Source: Octopus vulgaris
Taxonomy: Eukaryota
Assembly (NCBI GenBank): GCA_951406725.2
Contig: OX597815.1
Span: 153,202,001-153,266,000 of the forward strand
Reading direction: 5' to 3'
DNA length: 64,000 bases
Positions 25,986 to 40,021 of this stretch are shown piece after piece; position 1 is the stretch's first letter; every line of letters begins with the position of its first letter. The notes under the pieces were generated by a model, which searched no databases, had not been told where the DNA came from, and was given only the letters and a program-made list of their open reading frames with translations. Both the position numbers and the translations under genes were made by a program.

Positions 25986-28059
25986 GACCGCTCATTCTCA
26001 ATACAGATGAGAATTCATTGGATGTGGAAAAGTGCAATATCATCCTCAGCTGCACGGAGTGTAACTGGAGAGGTGAATCTGTGACCTCGTCTTTCGATTG
26101 ACTATTTGCATGCATCAGGATTCTCGAATATTGTTGCTCTAGGGTTAAATAACAACAACAACAATAGCAACTAGTTTCATCATAAAATTCCATGTTACTT
26201 TATCCTGAAAATCAGACTCCTGTTAGTCAATATATACATCTCAGCGGTCTTGCGGGAGAGAAACCGTTTCCTCAGTTTAATATTCACTGAGTTATATTGT
26301 AATAATATTTTTTATGATCTTGAGAATGGGTGGGAATATACGCTGTGATGTTTCTAACAACATTTATGGTGATACATAAATGAATTTTTATTTCCAATAC
26401 TTTCAAAAGCTTGTGCAGGCTTTTTAAAAATTCATAAATTAATACTGTATAACCCAAAATATTAAACATTAAATAGCTTAAGCATTTTTAGTATGAAGCC
26501 TATTAATATAACAAACTGAAATTGTGTCAATACGATTAAGTAGAGAATTCCGGAGAAAGAAATTGACCTCAAGAATAAATTTTATTACCGCAATAAAGTA
26601 GTAATGAATAACGCGATAAAGAAATCCAATGTGAACCGTTCTTATTTATTCATGCTCGCTGATTGGTTGATCGAAATTAAGTCGGTCTCATTATCAACAT
26701 ATGATTCGTTTCACTTTTATAAGCTTATGCCTAATAGAGTAGTTCATCTTTATTTATCATATCCATAAAGTTACAAAAGCTTACAATGGGAGGGCAATTA
26801 TAGTCGGACATGCAAGATAAGTTTTGAATCTGCCGAGAATAAAGACTCGATTGATATGACTTCTCTAGTGAGATATAGAAGACAAAAGTGTATTAAAAGA
26901 ATCCATTTTTGTTTGTGAAAAATGTTCATAGATGTTGTCTGATGGTTATTCATTGATTTATTTGACGGAGAAATATGCTGTAAATTTGATTTTCCGATCA
27001 AGCCATTGTCACTTTATTGCTCTACGTTTGCATCCTTTTGTAACGATCGTTCGTATCTTCAACATCGCTGACATTACCGATACTACGTATAACCACCATC
27101 ACTGCCACCATTGCTAATGCAATCATTACTGCTTCTACTATTAGCTCGAATTACTACTTCCAGTTGTATGACAGCCAAAACTTTGTATAACAATTGAAAG
27201 AAAAATACTATTGGTACTCCATTTTACTGATGTCACTTAGATCCATTTGGTCAGTGATGGAACAGAGGCAACCGAAGGCAATCCAGCCATGATTGTCCAA
27301 TCAGTCTTTTTTGGGGGGGAGATACGCTGAGTTCAGCGTATCCAATGCGTCATTCGATTCTTTATTAATAAATGGTAGGAATGTTGGCTTCTATTTCTAG
27401 CAGCCAGAGCAACTACATAGACACCCGCGTTGTCTCATCTATTATTTATATCAATTAGATGATAATTGAAAACTCCATATATATTCTACAACTCAATTTA
27501 GAAATATAAAATGATGATAAAAGAGGATGTAATGGTAATAGACATCTTTAGTGTATATACAGTCGAATGATACACTAGAATAAGTACCTGGCGTTACCTG
27601 GATATCAGATATACTGAAAACCTTTTGTGCTAAATTTAAATGATCTGAACTACCGTGAGTTTTAATGATGAGCTTGTAGCGCACAATTTGAATATATTTC
27701 ATTTTGTATTTCAGATAAATGCTTAAAATTGAATTCAACCCCACCACCACTCCGGTTTCTGTGATATGTGAAACATTTTGACTGAATTTGTTGAATTTTA
27801 ATTTTGTGACTTACGAAAATAATATCTTTGTGATATATTTTAAATATTTTTTGTTGTTGTTATTCTAAATTGATGTGTAACACACAAAACAAACATTTCC
27901 AAGTGTCTTGGGGATTGACAGTATTTGTTGATACTGCAATTTGGTGTTGACATTACTTTTGGTTTTGCGATTTCTGATGAAAAAATAATTTGGTTGGACC
28001 AACACGTGAGCATGCAACTCAGAGCTCAGCATAGGAGAAATATGGACATGTTAATTCAA

Positions 28060-29240
28060 CCCCAGCAAATTTGAGGGACTGTCTTGGAATTTCTTCATGA
28101 ACCTCTTTCCTTACATGATTTCGCAAATGACTCTTCCTACCAGCTTCCGACTTTGCCATACATGTTGCACTTCAAACTAAACCACGCTTGCTGCATATTA
28201 TAACGCCCTCTCGTGTAATCATGAAGCTGGCAACAGAAAGACAGAGTCTTCTACATATTTTTCATTGACTTCTTTTGTCCGCACCTTTTGATGCTTCTGC
28301 TTGCTTCCTCTTCCGAACTGCACTTTTGAATGGCGCAAGCTGAATTCTTTCCCTCTCAAATAATGCTGAACCATCAAAGATTACTTTTCTCTACTTTGCT
28401 CTACCAGCAGCTTATTCTTCTCAGTTCTCTATAGAAATCTTTGTGCCACTTACCTCTTTCTTTGTTTCAATTTCCCATAAAATAGTTGCTTTGAATTTAT
28501 AGTATTACGCATTCGAATAAGACGTGCACTCCACCTTAAAAGACTCCGAACAATGATGGCTTCAACGCTAGTCATTTGAACTTTATTTAGAATTTCGGTA
28601 TTCGGGGCGTGTTTGGTTCACTTCACATTGAGTATATGTTTCAAACAGCACTGGTGACACCGTCTGAGCATCTTAACTTGGTGTTTGTAAGTCATCCAAG
28701 TTTCATAGCTCTACAGTAGAACTGAGAGTGCACAAGGGCACGCTAGTTTTGTAGATGGATATCTTTGTGTTTAACCTGATTCCGTGCTATGACAAAGCCA
28801 TCTTTCCGTATTCCCAAAAATTGTCGATGCCTTCTTCACTCTGTATAAGATCTCCTTCTCTAAACTTGCATCATAAACAGTATACTCCGAGATAAATAAA
28901 AGGCTTCACCACTTTTAATTCTTTATGTCTATTATCTTTGGTTTAACATATGTTATTCCAGATGTAACCTGCAACATAGGTTCTGTCTTCAAATTCACTT
29001 TTAGACTAAGAGCTTTACATGTTGCATTAAATATTGTAATCAGATCCTGCAGTTCCTGTTCTGTCTGAGATACTAAATCACAACCACCAGTATACAATAG
29101 TTGCCGAGCAAAAGATTCAAATATCCTAAAATCAGCGGCAAATCTGATGTTGAACAGTCTTTTCATGGTCTAAATCTAATCTAGATTCTCTTTCTACCAT
29201 GAATATTGCTGTAAAGTAGAGAGCAAATAACATTTATGCA
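28060..29240 (-). mobile_element. RTE(BovB-like) LINE 3' half, degraded
   Basis: LFNIR...LLYTGGCDLVSQTEQELQDL...LKVNLKTE (degenerate YADD region); terminal C2H2-like KCNMYGK..SEAGRKSHLRNH. Confidence 0.8.
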
Positions 29241-29411
29241 AGAATGCCTCCTTAATTTACTACGTCTTCAACAGGAGAAGTCTCAGATAGATTACCATTA
29301 TATTTTTCATGTCATGCAAAACTTTGAAAGATGCATGCATGTATACATACATACATACATACATACATACATACATACATACATACATACATACATACAT
29401 ACATACATACA

Positions 29412-29900
29412 TAGACCTTACATAGTGATCTGGGATAGAGAAGATAAACTGTGTATAGTAGTAGAAATCAGCTGCCCAGCAGATGTTAACATAAAGCTAA
29501 AGATCAACGAGAAAGAAAATATGCTGAACTATTGAGAAATCTACAGTTCCTCAACCCATATTACAAGTTCAGATTTATATCTATAATTATTGGGGTATTG
29601 TATATGTAGCACATTCCCTAAATACTAATCTTGAAAAATTAGGCTAATTAAAACCAGAAAGGAGAAAGCTGATTCGAAGGCTGCAGATCTAAACCAAAAC
29701 TTTCGAAAGGTTACCACTTAAGTATATATGCGCATGTCTAGACATGCAACTATATGCATGGGGACATATACATAAAACAAAACATAGAAACCAGCGCATG
29801 CACTAACTCCAAATACTGTACATATTTACTTGCATACATGCAAAAATACCCTGTTGATGTTAAAATTCCAATGAATCTAGGTTAGAAACGGGCTCTTTCT
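29412..29900 (+). mobile_element. 5'-truncated REL non-LTR element in (TACA)n
   Basis: HRPYIVIWDREDKLCIVVEISCPADVNIKLKINEKEN (PD-(D/E)xK type) directly after (TACA)n. Confidence 0.8.
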
Positions 29901-29959
29901 CTGTTGGCAACAAATCTTGGAATAAAACTGGATAATGACATACATAAACTTCAATACAA

Positions 29960-30435
29960 GGAATACTGGTGGAACATTCCCATCAAAACATCTGTCAAGT
30001 GTAAACATAACATACCGGATATTTTTGTTTGAGACAGACAAGAAAATTATGTACCCTGCTGATGTAAAGATCTCTTTAGAAATCAAAGAGAAAGGGAATA
30101 ACTAAGGGCAAGTGCTTTGAAACCTCCAGTTTCTATATCCAGTTTATAAATTCACATTTATAACTAATAATAATTGGTGCTCTTAGTTTTGTGAGTAAAT
30201 ACCTAAATGACAACCTGGATTAGCTAGGGTATTCAGAAAAAGAAATCAGTCAAGTCAACTAATTCGCATATTACAAATACAACCTGTAACTGGAACAATA
30301 AAAATATGCAAGGCTTTTCTCAAGTTTAAAATGTGACTTTGTTTTTGCTATGTACATTCCATAGATGGAGCTTTGCATCTTTGTTAGAAACCAGCGCCTT
30401 CTGCAAAGGAAGAATTCAAATAATTAAAAACAGAA
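29960..30435 (+). mobile_element. Second, more degraded copy of the same REL family
   Basis: HNIPDI...PADVKISLEIKEK...LQFLYPVYKF...IIGAL. Confidence 0.65.
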
Positions 30436-30764
30436 GAGAACACACATACATATGCGCACACACATACACACAAACACATACACACATATACATGTATATA
30501 TATTATTATTATTATTAAAGTAGAAAGGAGCAATTTAAAATCAAAAGGCACAAGCACTTTCATTACTAAAGTGACTAAGGGCGCATGTGTGTGCGTGTGT
30601 ATGTGTGTGTGTATACGTACATATATTAAATACGATCCAAAATAAATATTTCTTATACTAACCGTGTGATGCCTTGCAAATGTACAGTTGTATCAATGAG
30701 CCTAGCCTTTGAAGAAATACAAAGATTTATTGAAGCAACTGTACAGATGAAGGGATTATATGTC

Positions 30765-31090
30765 TAGGAGCACTCGGTCGGTTACGACGACGAGGGTCCC
30801 AGTTGATATGATCAACGAAACATCCTGCTCGTGAAATTAACGAGAAAGTGGTTGAGCATTCCACAGACATGTGTACCCTTAACGCAGTTCTCAGGAGATT
30901 CAGCGTGACATAGAGTGTGACAAGTTTGGGCCTTTGAAATACAGGTACAACTCATTTTTGCCAGCTGAGTGGACTGAAGCAACGTGAAAATAAAGTGTCT
31001 TGCTCAAGGGTACAACACGTCGCCGGGAATTGAACTCACGACCTTACGATCGTGAGCCGAATATCTCAACCACGAAGCCACGCATCTTCA
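30765..31090 (-). mobile_element. SINE family B
   Basis: Minus head GAAGATGCGTGGCTTCGTGGTT...GAGTTCAATTCC; tail CCCTCGTCGTCGTAACCGAC. Confidence 0.85.
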
Positions 31091-31137
31091 CACACACGTA
31101 TGTATGTATGTATGTATGAATGTGTGTGTATATATAC

Positions 31138-31168
<31 letters not shown>

Positions 31169-31169
31169 C

Positions 31170-31301
<132 letters not shown>

Positions 31302-31533
31302 TGTATTTGGTGATTTAGTTAGACGATTTACATCTAAAAATGTCAAAACGTTTCAAGATTGTTGCCTGACAACTTTTTGGTAGCCGCACAAAATCTCTTC
31401 ATATACTTTCCCTCTTTTTACCTCTTTATTAATGTATTGAAAATATCTCCATTATGTTTTCTTCCCATCTTTTGCTACCTATCTATCTATCAATTCATCC
31501 ATCATTGCCTTTTTGTGCTTTATTTTTCTCTCT

Positions 31534-31567
<34 letters not shown>

Positions 31568-33652
31568 ATATATATCTATATCTCTTTTTCATATAAACAC
31601 GCACACACACAAATATATGTGCGTGCTTAACTATGTATGTAGTTATGTATATATCTGCGTATGTCTCGATAAATTTAAAATATGGAATTCCTTATTTTTC
31701 ATATTTGTCTTCTAAATTTTAGGAATGACGCACGGAGTTTTAATAATAAATGAAGAAATTGTATGAAATATGCAATAGATTATTTAACAACAACAATTTG
31801 AGAGCTTTACAATATGATATATTTCTGTTATTTTTACTGGCCTCGGATAACATTTTCCTAATGCAGTCCTTTCGTACGTACAGCGGAAGAACATTAAATG
31901 CATTATTAATGACAGATGTAATGGATACAGCCTTTCCCTGAAATAACAGCGCGTAAAAGACAATTTTGCAATTTTGGAATTTGCTGGTAATGTATTTATA
32001 AGAACATTTGAAGCAAAGAAAATCTCAACAATTTAAAGCAATTATGTAAATTTGCCTGAATTTTGTAAGATTATAAATTTTCTATTAACCACATCTTTAG
32101 AGATGAAGCTTTTTTTTATATCTGTTTCTGTGTACACTACATTTCGTGCTTATTGTACAAAGAACTGTAAATTTCAATGCAGCTTTGGCGTAAGTGGGCT
32201 CTTTCTCACGTTTTCCCTACACTTAAGGTTTTAGTCTTTTTTTGTTTTGTTTTTCAAACTCTTTTTCTGTTTCTTGTCTTTCTCAATGCTTTCGGTCGTC
32301 TGCCACCTCTAATCGCTTTCCATTTCTTCTATGTTGTCAAAAAACGATAAAGTGACGAAGCTGGTTATAGCTTCTTGGTCGGCTATTGAAACTGAAGACG
32401 TACTGATCCCTTTCCACGCGTATAAATCTTTGCCTGGCAGTATCGTTGGAACAAAACGCTTGTGATCTGCTCTTACTGTTTCCCTTTTAGTTTTTCCACC
32501 TCTTGAGGGCAAAAAATTCCTAAATAATCTCCAAAAGTCTAGCTGTGAAGCCTTACTTTTCGTACTCAATAGAGAGCACAACACAGGAATCGTATGGTAG
32601 TCTTGTGTGTCCTAATGCCTTGTATATCCATACAGACCCCACAAGATCAATGCCTAGCTTCAATCAACTACAAAACCAAAGCGACAGAAGATGATATCAT
32701 TAAGTACTGAGTACATAACAAGTGCAATGAAATAGTTGACTTAATCATCTTTGGCTGCTCAGTGCTTGCAAGTTTGAATATATTTATAGACATAATCGAG
32801 CCCCAAACCATGTCCCCTGGGCAATATGCAATCACCACGATATGAAAACGGACAAAAATGTTATAAAAATTGGCAAAAGACTATAAATAACAAAGAAATA
32901 GTTGCAATCATCTGGGGGTATACTTATTTAATTCTGTAATTAATTGCTGTAAAACGATCGTAATTCGAACAAACGTTTATAGAAATATATCATTATTATT
33001 GATTCTAAGAACCATAACAGAACAACATCTATAAAAACACTAGTTATTTGAACAAGACATGGGCAAAAACATCAAGCACACATGTTATACAAAACAAGAG
33101 GTAATATGAAAAACTATCTTTGACCTCACTCATACTATATATTCTTATAATTGGCCACCTTTTTGCAATAAAACTGCTAAGTAATTTTGAGAAGTAATAA
33201 AATGAATTCTTAAAGGTAATTCTTTCCTTTCCATTTTTGTGTTAATGGAAGATGTTTAAAGCTACATTATTCCTACCTCCACCATTATTCTATACTGATA
33301 TTATCTTGCATTTATATTTACTTTTATTCTAATCAAGGTTGTAGTTCTTAAATGACGTCAGATGTCACAATGTCACAATTATGTTTTCAGAGGATTTTGT
33401 ATTCAATGCTTAATGCATGCAAGTCACAATACAATTCAAAGACTTTCAGCTGTGAGATGGCAGAAAATAAACATTACTTATACAACTCTAGCTCTGCCTG
33501 TTCATATATACATAAATTAGAACATATCTGCATTTTCATTTTGAATACAAGTTGTTTAGACGTAAAGTATATAGAAATACATATGAAATGTATATGCACA
33601 CACACACACACACACACATGTATGTATGTATGTATATATGTACCTATCTTTT

Positions 33653-33686
<34 letters not shown>

Positions 33687-33724
33687 CATATATATATATA
33701 TATATATGCATGTATGTATGTATG

Positions 33725-33763
33725 TATGTATATAAAAGGCAGGATGTGTGTGTGCGTTGCTCG

Positions 33764-33794
<31 letters not shown>

Positions 33795-34470
33795 TATAAA
33801 CGATAATCTCCGTTTCTCCACAACTAATTTCCAAATTAGCTGAATCCGTTGTTCTACTCATAGCAATATATAGCTGGTCGTGCGTGAACATGGGAGAGAG
33901 CAAAGCTTACCAGAGCAAAAGACCTACATGTTAACTGTAGACACGCTCCTTCGCAAACGATCAGCTATTATTTTGTAAACAATTTTTCGAAACTGTTCAT
34001 GTTTTCGAAAGGAGAGATCTGACTCTCACATCTCTGTGGGAGAAGGTAGGCCTCTCTATTCCCCTTACAAAACTTACGTCCGGGTGCCAAATTTTCATTT
34101 TGTAAACAATGTTTCGAAACTGTCCGTGTTTTCGAAAGGAAAGATCTGACTCTTTTCAACCATAGCGTCTACCAATTTTGATGTATTTTGTCCAAACTTG
34201 ATGCCAGCATTACTTAGGACTCATGGGGTCTTTGAATGCTTTAAGTTCTCCAAAAACGAAAAACAAAAAACAATTGGAAAAAATCGATAAACCGATTCCT
34301 TATGGGATTTCCCAATCAAATTCTCTGCAAAATTTCAGCCAAAAGTTAACCAATTTCAACGGATTTCACTCAAATTTGATGTCGATGTTACATAGTTTGC
34401 TTTGAAAGAAAGAGCTTGATTAGCTTAATAATCCTAACTTGATCCCGAGCAAAGCCGAGCTATACTGCTA

Positions 34471-34471
<1 letters not shown>
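33725..34471 (+). mobile_element. Non-autonomous Helitron with an antisense Pif1-helicase fragment
   Basis: 3' CCCGAGCAAAGCCGAG..ATACTGCTAG|T matches the 23510 terminus; 5' TATATAAAAGGCAGG-like start (5' TC not clear); internal ~55-bp direct repeat 33972-34026 / 34099-34153. Confidence 0.7.
33792..33932 (-). pseudogene. Helitron RepHel / Pif1 helicase C-terminal fragment
   Basis: HVGLLL...SPMFTHDQLYIAMSRT...TEIIVY matches Pif1 motif VI VG..L..PVFSHGQLYVA.SR...T.N.VY. Confidence 0.75.
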
Positions 34472-34523
<52 letters not shown>

Positions 34524-34771
34524 TACATAGACATAGACACAAAAATCTCAAAAGTAAATAGACACCTATCATAATACCGTTTTATCTGAAAGAACACTTC
34601 TCATTAGTATGGTGACCAGGTCAGTTAAATCGTTATAAATTGTCACAAGTACGTCTACTAAATACTAGAGTCAATATTTAGATCCATCAAACGACAATAT
34701 TTTCTTTCTGTAAACAAATCTGTTAAAAACGATGGTGTCTATTTATTTTTGATATCTTTGTGAATATACAT

Positions 34772-35155
34772 TCCTTTATTCTTTTATTCTTTTATTTGTT
34801 TCAGTCGTTTGACTGCGGCCATGCTGAAGCACCACTTTTAGTCGAACAAATCGACCCCAGGACTTATTCTTTGTAAGCCTAGTACTTATTCTATCGTTCT
34901 CTTTTGTCGAACCGCTAGGTTACGAGGACGTAAACACACCGTCATCGGTTGTCAAGCGATGCTGGGAGGGGGCAAACACAGACACACAAATATATATATA
35001 CAACGGGCTTCTTTCGGTTTCCGTCTACCAAATCCACTTGCAAGGCTTTGGTCGGCCTGAGGCAATTGTAAAAGACACTTGCTCAAGGTGCCACGCAGTG
35101 GGACAGAACCCGAGACCATGTGGTTGGTAAGCAAACTACTTACCACAGAGCCTCT

Positions 35156-35158
<3 letters not shown>
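34772..35158 (-). mobile_element. SINE family A
   Basis: Homologous to 2950-3360. Confidence 0.9.
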
Positions 35159-35194
<36 letters not shown>

Positions 35195-35989
35195 GTGTGT
35201 GTGTAACTCTGTACTTTTAAGTAGAGTACATATTTATTAGCATTTGTAACGAAAGGTTGACAATGTATTCAGTGTTCCGGCTTGCACCCCTCCTCGGGTC
35301 GTAATTTACTTTGATTCTTTTCGGTTTCTTTCGTTTTCTTTTTATAGGTGAAGCAATGTAAATGAGGATTATGTGTAATCCAGGTGGTTGGAACCGAATG
35401 GTGTATCGGGTAGAGAGATAGAAAAAGAAACAGGGACGGTATGTGTTTTCAGATTAGGCGGTGACAGAAGGAAATGGCGAAGTGATATATTTTGATTTGC
35501 GCTTGAAATTTTAAAGGAGATTTTTTTAATTTTCCAAGCATGGAAGTAAAGCAGTAAACAAATATGTCAAATTCAGGTCATGACAATCCTTGTATATAAG
35601 GCTGTCGTTTCTTTCCATTTTTTTTTTTTTTTTGGGGGGGGGGGGTATTTTAGGATTCATAAACGAATGTGTATACAGTTCTTTACACAGTATAGGTCGG
35701 ATTGAAGTTTAATTCGGTGTCGTGTTATTAACCTAGTTATTTTTGGAAGATTTCAATTGAGAAGATTATGGTACTATAAATATTTATTATGGTTATCTAA
35801 TCTGTTTCTAATCAGGCTATTTATATTATATTTGTAGACAAATGCATACATGCAACTGCATGTCGTTACCAATATATCCAGAAAATAAATGGATAAGGAG
35901 AACTCATTTTTCATAGATATATGCATCGATAAGGAGATGTGGATACATACATATATATATATGTATGTATCCACATCCCCATATGTATG

Positions 35990-36023
<34 letters not shown>

Positions 36024-36299
36024 TGTATGTATGTATGCATGTATGTATGTATGTATGTAGGTATGTATGTATGTACGTTTGTGTGTAGGTATGTATGTAT
36101 GTATGTATATGTATTTAGAAATATATATATATATGCCTGTACACACATACATATAAATATGCCTACATAAACAAGCGTATATGCAAACATACACTCCCAC
36201 ATATATGTGTATATGTATATATACTCATATCCTCAAACATATATATATATATATACGTACATATATATATATATATACATACATACACACACACACATT

Positions 36300-36342
<43 letters not shown>

Positions 36343-36370
36343 ATATATACATATATAGATATATATATGC

Positions 36371-36448
<78 letters not shown>

Positions 36449-36954
36449 ATATGCGCCAGAGAAAAAATTTGTTTGCTTGTTATCAGTCGTAAGACACTTG
36501 TTGTTGTTTTCACCGTTAATGCTTCTGTATTTCATGTTTCTGTATTCCATTATTTTTTGTTTTTTTATATTCGTCCCTTTTGCTGTCCTGGTGTCCGTAT
36601 GCATTCGATCCTTCTTCCAGGAAATCTACGCTCCCAGCTTAGTTTTTCTAATGCTCGTTGCTTAGTTTTTCTTGAGGGCTGGCCGTGATCTAGTAATCTC
36701 AAGATTAATCAGCCGAAATTACTACGATGATCCGGTTCTTGACTGAAGACTGAGGGTTTCGAATGTCCTGTCCGTGTTTATTGTATCGTCTTCTCTGAGT
36801 TATACGTTCTTGTCCATGTTGTATTTTTCTACATACCTTTACATATACATATATATATATATCTTACATATGATAAAACGCAATGTGTCTCGTCGGTCAC
36901 TCTGGTAGAAGAAGGTTAAAACAACAAACGGATATATAAATGTTATATATCTTA

Positions 36955-37180
36955 CCTTTTGTCTTTTACTTGTCTCAGTCATTAGACTGTGGCCATGCTG
37001 GGGTACCACCTTAAAGAATTTTGGTCGAATGAATCGACCCCAATACTTATTTTCTAAAAGTACTGGTACTCATTATATCGGTCTCTTACGCTGAAGCGCT
37101 AAGCTATGGGAGTGTAAACACATCAACACCGGTTTGTCAAGCGATGGTCGACGGACAAGCACAGACACACACACACACAC

Positions 37181-37268
<88 letters not shown>

Positions 37269-37398
37269 ATCAAATTCACTCTCAAGGCTTTGGTCAGCCC
37301 GGGGCTATAGTAGATGACACTTGCCCAAGGTGCCACGCAGTGAGACTGAACCCGGAACCAGATGGCTGGGAAGCAAGCTTCTTATCACACATCCACGT
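36955..37398 (-). mobile_element. SINE family A with expanded internal (TA)n, abutting the RTE fragment
   Basis: Homologous to 2950-3360. Confidence 0.85.
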
Positions 37399-39080
37399 CC
37401 GTCGTTAGAAAGAATAAACTCTGCGCCAACACTTTTTGGGGGCGAAATACTTTTCAAATTGTCATACAATACTCTCAAATCGTGAGAGTTCGCAGCCTGT
37501 TCCAATTCTTGGACTTATTTTGATCACCAAGAATTTTTCATCTCACGCAGTTTTTCTATGTAGTTTTCATAGAGGTGTATAGGTATCTGTGTTTTGGTAA
37601 GTGTTTCTTTGAGATTCATGCCTTGTGCTTTTGTGCACAGTTTCTAGGAGAGGTTTGATTTGGTAATTGTTCTCATCGAACCAATCTTGTTGCTTGTGTC
37701 TGGCATATCCTTGAACTTCTTCAGCTGATGATTTGATGCTGTCACGAATATTGTGCTACAAAACTTACCTGTTTTCTCGAACTTTGAATTTAGATGCATA
37801 TCAAACTTTTTGTCGTTTCTATATTTTTTAAAGAGGAGACGTTTACCCTAAGAAGAATGCTGGATCCTAATTGCCTCTTTGTGTATGGTTTAACAAATAC
37901 CTCACTGCGAACCATTCTGTCTGGAGTTTTGTAGTTTTGTGAGTTCTGGTTAATCCGAAATCACTACAATCCTTGTACTTAGTTATAACATAGTTAAGCA
38001 TGTGTTAGTTACCAGATCGGTGATGTTTCCAGGTGACTTTCTATTTATTTGCCGACTGAAGCACTGTGATTGTTAGACCAAACTGTTGACAAAAAGACAG
38101 CTGTCGTAAACCGCTTTCATTCATTGCTCCTGCTCCATGCTTTCCTATTGCACTTGGCCGCATTGTGTGTTTGTTGCCTGTTCTGGCATTAAAATCGCCC
38201 ATCAGTATAATTTTGTCATAGTATAGGAATTTACTGATAACTGTCCGCAATTTGGAGAAGATGTGTTCTTGTTTGCATGCTGATAAAGTAGGTGCATATG
38301 CGTTGATTATGTGCATAGATAAGGAATTACCTATGGGGATACAGAATGCCATGAGACGCTCATCAATTGTTTGAGGGATGTATGGCGTATTAATGAGTCA
38401 ATTAATTGGCAAAGCCAACACCATGAATTCTCGGTTCATCTGCTGGCTTTACACTAAAGAAAAAAGTATAGCCATATCCAACTTCTAATTCTCCAGTGTC
38501 CGGATGCCTGATTTCACTTAGAGCGGCAATATCAATATTATAGGAGCCGATTTTCTTCGCAATTAGTGCTGTTTTCTAGAGTGTCCTTGCTGTCTTGTAA
38601 AGTTTTAACATTCTAACTACCAAAGATTAGCATGCTTCTTTTATTCCTCTTATCTTTATTTCAACTGCAACACACACGATGGCTAGACACCTGCAGTTAA
38701 TGCCAAGCTTATTTAAGGCAACACTTTTTAGGGTTCCTTTACTCAACCCACCTCCGATATCGGAGAAGCAGTATTACACCTAGATAGGACTGCTTGCCAT
38801 GCAAAGGAGGACACAGATCTTGCAGGTGCCTTCGGATTCTACAGAGAGACGGCCATCACCCTGTGTGCCGTCTATGTGTGGATAGGAACCTCCAGCAACA
38901 CCTTTTGCCTGTTCCCATCGCCATATCCCGTTACCATAGGACTTTCAACTCGCCTTAAAACTACCTCCACAATGAATTTGTTTTCAGTGGTACAGGCTTA
39001 TGTCACCCGTCACATTCGTCCAGATAGCCTAAACTCCGGTGCATATTATTGCCACTTGGCAAAAAGGCCGTCTGTGGGAT
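37399..39080 (-). mobile_element. RTE(BovB-like) LINE 5' part: 5' UTR, APE endonuclease, linker
   Basis: IINAYAPT...IILMGDFNARTG...IGKHG.GAMNESG...LTIT; downstream DWFDEN and ANSHDLRVLYDNLK motifs. 5' boundary approximate. Confidence 0.85.
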
Positions 39081-39212
39081 AACATATATCTAATATACTG
39101 CTAGTGAAGTACCCAACAAAGTTAATACATAAATGTTAAGAATTGCGATGCAATTAATTCATTTACTGTATTACATGGGCAAAGGTAAAATTATTTTTAC
39201 CATAAATTAATA

Positions 39213-39876
39213 ATACAAAATAAGAAAATGGAGAAATATATCTAAATCATTAATCAACTACCAGATAATACCCAATCACATACTTTATTAAACCACTACA
39301 TAAGAACATTAAGGTTAAACATAAAAATATATAACAAAACAGCGTACATGAATGAGTAATACAATAGAATAAGTACAATCATTATAAGAAGATATAAATA
39401 AATAAATATAAATATAAATATACACTATATCTTACAGCTGTTTCAGCCATGCAGATAAGTATGTCTCATTTTACCTATATTAGCCATGTATAGTATGTCA
39501 ATATGAAGTTACAAATGAGACATTTACAAAAATATCCTAAGGCCTCTTCGGAGATTCTAAGGTATAAACCAAATTACATATATGCTCATATAAGTGTGGG
39601 TACATACCCATAATAAATCATTTACATATATATATGAGTGCATATATATGAGATATAGTGTATATTTATATTTGTATCTATTTATATTTATTTATTTATA
39701 TCCTCTTATAATGATTGTACTTATTGTATTGTATTACTCATTCACGTACGCTGTTTTGTTATATATTTTTATGTTTAACCTTAATGTTCTTATGTAGTGG
39801 TTTAATAAAATATGCGATTGGGTATTATCTGGTGGTTGATTAATGATTTAGATATATTTCTTCATTTTCTTATTTT

Positions 39877-39880
<4 letters not shown>
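39213..39880. repeat. Inverted repeat, arms ~39213-39432 and 39651-~39880 (PLE pLTR-like)
   Basis: For example AAACCACTACATAAGAACATTAAGG vs CCTTAATGTTCTTATGTAGTGGTTT; right arm ends in (TA)n. Confidence 0.9.
39429..39555 (-). ncRNA. Type I hammerhead ribozyme motif
   Basis: AUCU-CCGAAGA-GGCC...GGCU-GAAA-CAGCUG-UA^AGAU. All three stems pair; U4C core variant; stem II insert holds its own hairpin (ATGTCTCATTT/AAATGAGACAT). Confidence 0.75.
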
Positions 39881-39933
<53 letters not shown>

Positions 39934-39964
39934 GTATGTATTATATATGTATGTATTATGTATG

Positions 39965-40021
<57 letters not shown>

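Noticed and set aside
32309-32584. 91-aa non-repetitive ORF on the minus strand
   Set aside because: No recognisable domain and a non-ATG start; may be an old TE remnant but cannot be supported.
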